From Cyanobacteria bacterium P01_A01_bin.123 (GTDB lineage: Bacteria > Cyanobacteriota > Cyanobacteriia > Phormidesmidales > Phormidesmidaceae): a DNA stretch of 64,000 nucleotides. Positions within the stretch are counted from its first letter, which is position 1. Every line of letters starts with the position of its first letter. The stretch is from positions 8,876 to 72,875 of the forward strand of contig JBCBZT010000039.1 of NCBI GenBank assembly GCA_039815185.1. Direction: 5' to 3'. Position numbers and translations under genes: made by a program. A model generated the notes under the pieces. It did no database searches and was not told the origin of the DNA. It worked only from the letters and a program-made list of their open reading frames with translations. This document shows positions 61,168 to 64,000 of this stretch, piece after piece.

Positions 61168-62967
61168 ATGTCCTATTCCGTATTTATCCATGATGCCAAA
61201 ACCGATCGCTGGATTTGGGGGCAAGATCCAGTCGAAATTTTTGAGGTGCATCAGCTTGAGGCCATTATCCCGGCGTTGGCAGCTATCGAGCGGGGGGTAG
61301 AGGCTGGGTTAACGGCCATGGGCTATGTCGGTTATGAAGCAGCTCCGGCGTTTGACTCGGCATTGGTTGTCCAAAATCCGCATCAACCTGCCCCGGGAAC
61401 CTTAAATGCAGATTCACTGCCGCTCCTTTGGTTTGGACTTTATCGCCATCCCCAGTGGTTAACAACAGCGGAATTACTGCAATGGGCTGATGGCCCAAGC
61501 ACTGACGGTTCAGTTCGGGGGTCTTACCATCTCGGTTCTTGGACGCCAACCGTGGATCGACAAGGGTTTGAGCAGGCAATCGCTGACATCAAAGCCGCGA
61601 TCGCCCGAGGAGACACGTACCAGGTGAATTACACCTTTCGCCTGCGAACGTCATTTCAAGGCAATGCTTGGCGACTGTTTACCGATTTGGTGCAGCGGCG
61701 TTCTGGAGACTATGCTGCTTGGCTGGATTTAGGGCGCTATGCGCTGTGTTCTGCCTCTCCAGAGCTGTTCTTTACTCTAGAGGGTGATCAAATTGCCGCT
61801 CGGCCCATGAAGGGAACTCACTCCAGGGGATTAACCCTGGCTACAGATCAGGCCCAGGCCCAGGCGCTGTACCAGTCCCCCAAAAATCGAGCCGAAAATC
61901 TGATGATTGTGGACATGATTCGCAACGACTTAGGCCGGATTGCGGAAGTGGGTAGTGTTGCCGTCCCCAAGCTATTCGAGACTGAACGCTACCCAACCCT
62001 CTGGCAGATGACCTCAACCGTGACGGCCCAAACCAAAGCCCCCTGGCATCAAATCATGGCCAACCTGTTCCCCTGTGCATCGATCACAGGTGCCCCCAAA
62101 GCCCGCACCATGAAGCTCATTACGGCGCTGGAGTCTTCTCCGCGTCAAATTTACACGGGCACCATTGGCTATCTCAGCACCGCGCGCAAGGCACAATTTA
62201 ACGTCGCCATTCGGACAGTGCTGGTTGATCGTGTTGCCCAAACGGCTGAATATGGCGTTGGGAGTGGCATCGTTTGGGATTCAGTCGCTGCCCAAGAATA
62301 TGAAGAATGCCGCCTCAAAACCCAAGTGCTTGCTTCCCTACCCCCAACCTTTTCATTGATCGAGACCTACCGCTGGACACCCCAGGAAGGATTCTTTTTA
62401 CGCGCCTATCACTTGACACGCCTGATGCAGTCGGCAGCGTATTTTGGCTTTTCAGTAACCTCATCTGCTTTAGAAGATGCACTGGACGACTTGGCCAAGA
62501 CGCTAACACCCCACCCCCACCGGGTGAAACTACAGGTCAATGCCCAAGGACAACACATACTAGGGGCCTATCCCTGGTCTCTGCCAGAAGCAACCTTACC
62601 CCGACAAGTCAGGTTTGCGCCAACTCCGATTGACACCCAAAATCCCTTCCTGTATCACAAAACTACCTGCCGCTCAGTCTATGAAACCGCTCAAGCTGCC
62701 TACGCTGACTGCGACGATGTCGTGCTGTGGAACCCAGCCGGAGATGTGACCGAGTCTTGCATTGCTAATGTAGTCGTGCCTGTGAAGGATAAATGGCTAA
62801 CGCCACCGATAGAAAGTGGGCTGTTGGCCGGAACCTTTCGGGCCTGGTTGATTGACCAAGGCAAGTTAGAGATTGCGCCTATTTCCAAAGGGTTACTGGC
62901 AGAGATCGGCCAGTTCTATCTGATTAATGCCTTGCGGGGATGGCAGTCTGCGGTTTTAAAGGCTTAA
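61168..62967 (+). CDS. pabB: Aminodeoxychorismate synthase component I fused to a class-IV aminotransferase/ADC-lyase-like domain
   Basis: GDTYQVN, ASPELFF, RPMKGT, AENLMIVDMIRNDLG, GSGIV; C-terminal HKTT, GLLAGTFR. Confidence 0.9.
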   Translation: MSYSVFIHDAKTDRWIWGQDPVEIFEVHQLEAIIPALAAIERGVEAGLTAMGYVGYEAAPAFDSALVVQNPHQPAPGTLNADSLPLLWFGLYRHPQWLTTAELLQWADGPSTDGSVRGSYHLGSWTPTVDRQGFEQAIADIKAAIARGDTYQVNYTFRLRTSFQGNAWRLFTDLVQRRSGDYAAWLDLGRYALCSASPELFFTLEGDQIAARPMKGTHSRGLTLATDQAQAQALYQSPKNRAENLMIVDMIRNDLGRIAEVGSVAVPKLFETERYPTLWQMTSTVTAQTKAPWHQIMANLFPCASITGAPKARTMKLITALESSPRQIYTGTIGYLSTARKAQFNVAIRTVLVDRVAQTAEYGVGSGIVWDSVAAQEYEECRLKTQVLASLPPTFSLIETYRWTPQEGFFLRAYHLTRLMQSAAYFGFSVTSSALEDALDDLAKTLTPHPHRVKLQVNAQGQHILGAYPWSLPEATLPRQVRFAPTPIDTQNPFLYHKTTCRSVYETAQAAYADCDDVVLWNPAGDVTESCIANVVVPVKDKWLTPPIESGLLAGTFRAWLIDQGKLEIAPISKGLLAEIGQFYLINALRGWQSAVLKA

Positions 62968-63326
62968 GGCAAAAACCGATCAAGGGCAGCTTTGAGTTCT
63001 TCAATTTCATCTTCAATCTTGCCGTCAACCGCGGCGCGACTGACACACTCGGTTAAGTGTTCGTCCAAAATGATTCGGGCAACCCGATCTAGCGCCCCCC
63101 GCACAGCCGCTACCTGCACCAAGACATCCGGACAAGGACGACTCTCCTGCACCATCGTCTTAATGCCGCGAATGTGTCCTTCAATGCGAGCCAGACGATT
63201 AACGATCTTGCGCAGAGACTCTTCTGTATGGACATGTTTGTGAGTGTGCCCTTGGCCGTGGGGATCTTTGTGTACCAAAGGAGCCGGTGTCGCTGAGGCA
63301 TTGATGGGAGTTTCGGAAGCTGTCAT
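62964..63326 (-). CDS. CsoR/RcnR-family metal-sensing repressor (InrS-like)
   Basis: His-rich N-terminus, NRLARIEGH, RPCPDVL, HLTEC. Confidence 0.9.
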   Translation of the reverse strand: MTASETPINASATPAPLVHKDPHGQGHTHKHVHTEESLRKIVNRLARIEGHIRGIKTMVQESRPCPDVLVQVAAVRGALDRVARIILDEHLTECVSRAAVDGKIEDEIEELKAALDRFLP

Positions 63327-63458
63327 ATTGGCAGATTTTGGGAGTAGGAGTTGGGGGGGGTGAGGTAATGGAGTGGTGGGGTGATAGGAAAAGATAAATG
63401 CTCGGTAGGGCTAGCAGGGATGTCGTGTTGGACTGATCAATATCCCCCCATCCCACTA

Positions 63459-63872
63459 TCACTCTCCAACAGAAAATCCTGAAAGCGCTGCCAACTCCTC
63501 CAAAGATTGGACGCCTAGATAGAACTGGCCGCTGATTTCCCAGGTGGGATAGGCCTGAATAGATTTGGCTTGGCAAAGGTCTGGCTGAGCATTTTCGCCG
63601 CTGGGGTCACATTCAACGTAGGGAATGTGATCGACTGCGTCACCAAAACGTTCTTTTTGAGCAGCACAATGGGGACACCAAAATGCCCCATACATTTTGC
63701 TACCTTGGGCAGTTAGATGATCAGCCAGTTGGGCTTGGTAACCTGTGGTTTCGGCAAGGGGGGAAGTGCTACAGCTGACCAAAAAACTGCTTGAGAGGGC
63801 GATCGCACCGGTAAATCTGATCAGTGCTGCACCCAGATGACTAGCGCTCGAAGATTGCAAGGGGATTGTCAT
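63459..63872 (-). CDS. Thioredoxin-like lipoprotein (similar to the Trx domain of cyanobacterial VKOR fusions)
   Basis: LVSC lipobox, MYGAFWCPHC, YVEC, AYPTW. Confidence 0.8.
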   Translation of the reverse strand: MTIPLQSSSASHLGAALIRFTGAIALSSSFLVSCSTSPLAETTGYQAQLADHLTAQGSKMYGAFWCPHCAAQKERFGDAVDHIPYVECDPSGENAQPDLCQAKSIQAYPTWEISGQFYLGVQSLEELAALSGFSVGE

Positions 63873-64000
63873 GAATGACGGTTGTGGCTGCTAGCTCCCA
63901 TGGTAGCGGGGGAAGAAGGGATAGGCAAACATTAGCGCAAACCCCCCGGGTTTTTAATTTAATAACAACAAAACGCAAAGGGGGGGGACCAAAAACGAGA

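Noticed and set aside
61168..62967. PabB fused to an aminotransferase-IV/PabC-like domain as a novelty
   Set aside because: This fusion is common in bacteria.
63935..64000. Homopolymer-rich tail (C6, G9, A runs)
   Set aside because: It is at the window edge and looks like low-quality or low-complexity sequence; not interpretable.

Overview
Cyanobacterial chromosomal segment, most likely from a filamentous Leptolyngbya/Nodosilinea-type organism (inferred from dense HIP1 octamers GCGATCGC, psaK, ado/aar and PEP-CTERM proteins). Most of it is housekeeping: thiC with a TPP riboswitch, rsmA-ispE-Ser/Thr kinase, urtABCDE plus ureEFG with an NtcA-type promoter, an SphR-like regulator, hisC, ftsH, ado-aar-accA-SDR-folE, trpF, psaK, wecB, pabB and csoR/inrS. 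The stand-out region is 30.6-43.6 kb, a duplicated, mosaic locus. It has three paralogous stand-alone P-loop ATPases and two large NLR-like proteins (degenerate N-domain, TPR-like helices, nSTAND1-type NTPase, TM helix). One large protein ends in 14 WD40 repeats and the other has no WD40 region. Their cores are ~1.65 kb diverged direct repeats ~6.2 kb apart, enclosing a mostly AT-rich, HIP1-free segment. Other observations: a UrtD with an extra TerB-like C-terminal domain, a ~105-bp double-hairpin repeat in three copies, and a frameshifted Uma2 gene. No rRNA, tRNA, CRISPR array or transposase was seen. All calls come from reading the sequence; no searches were run.
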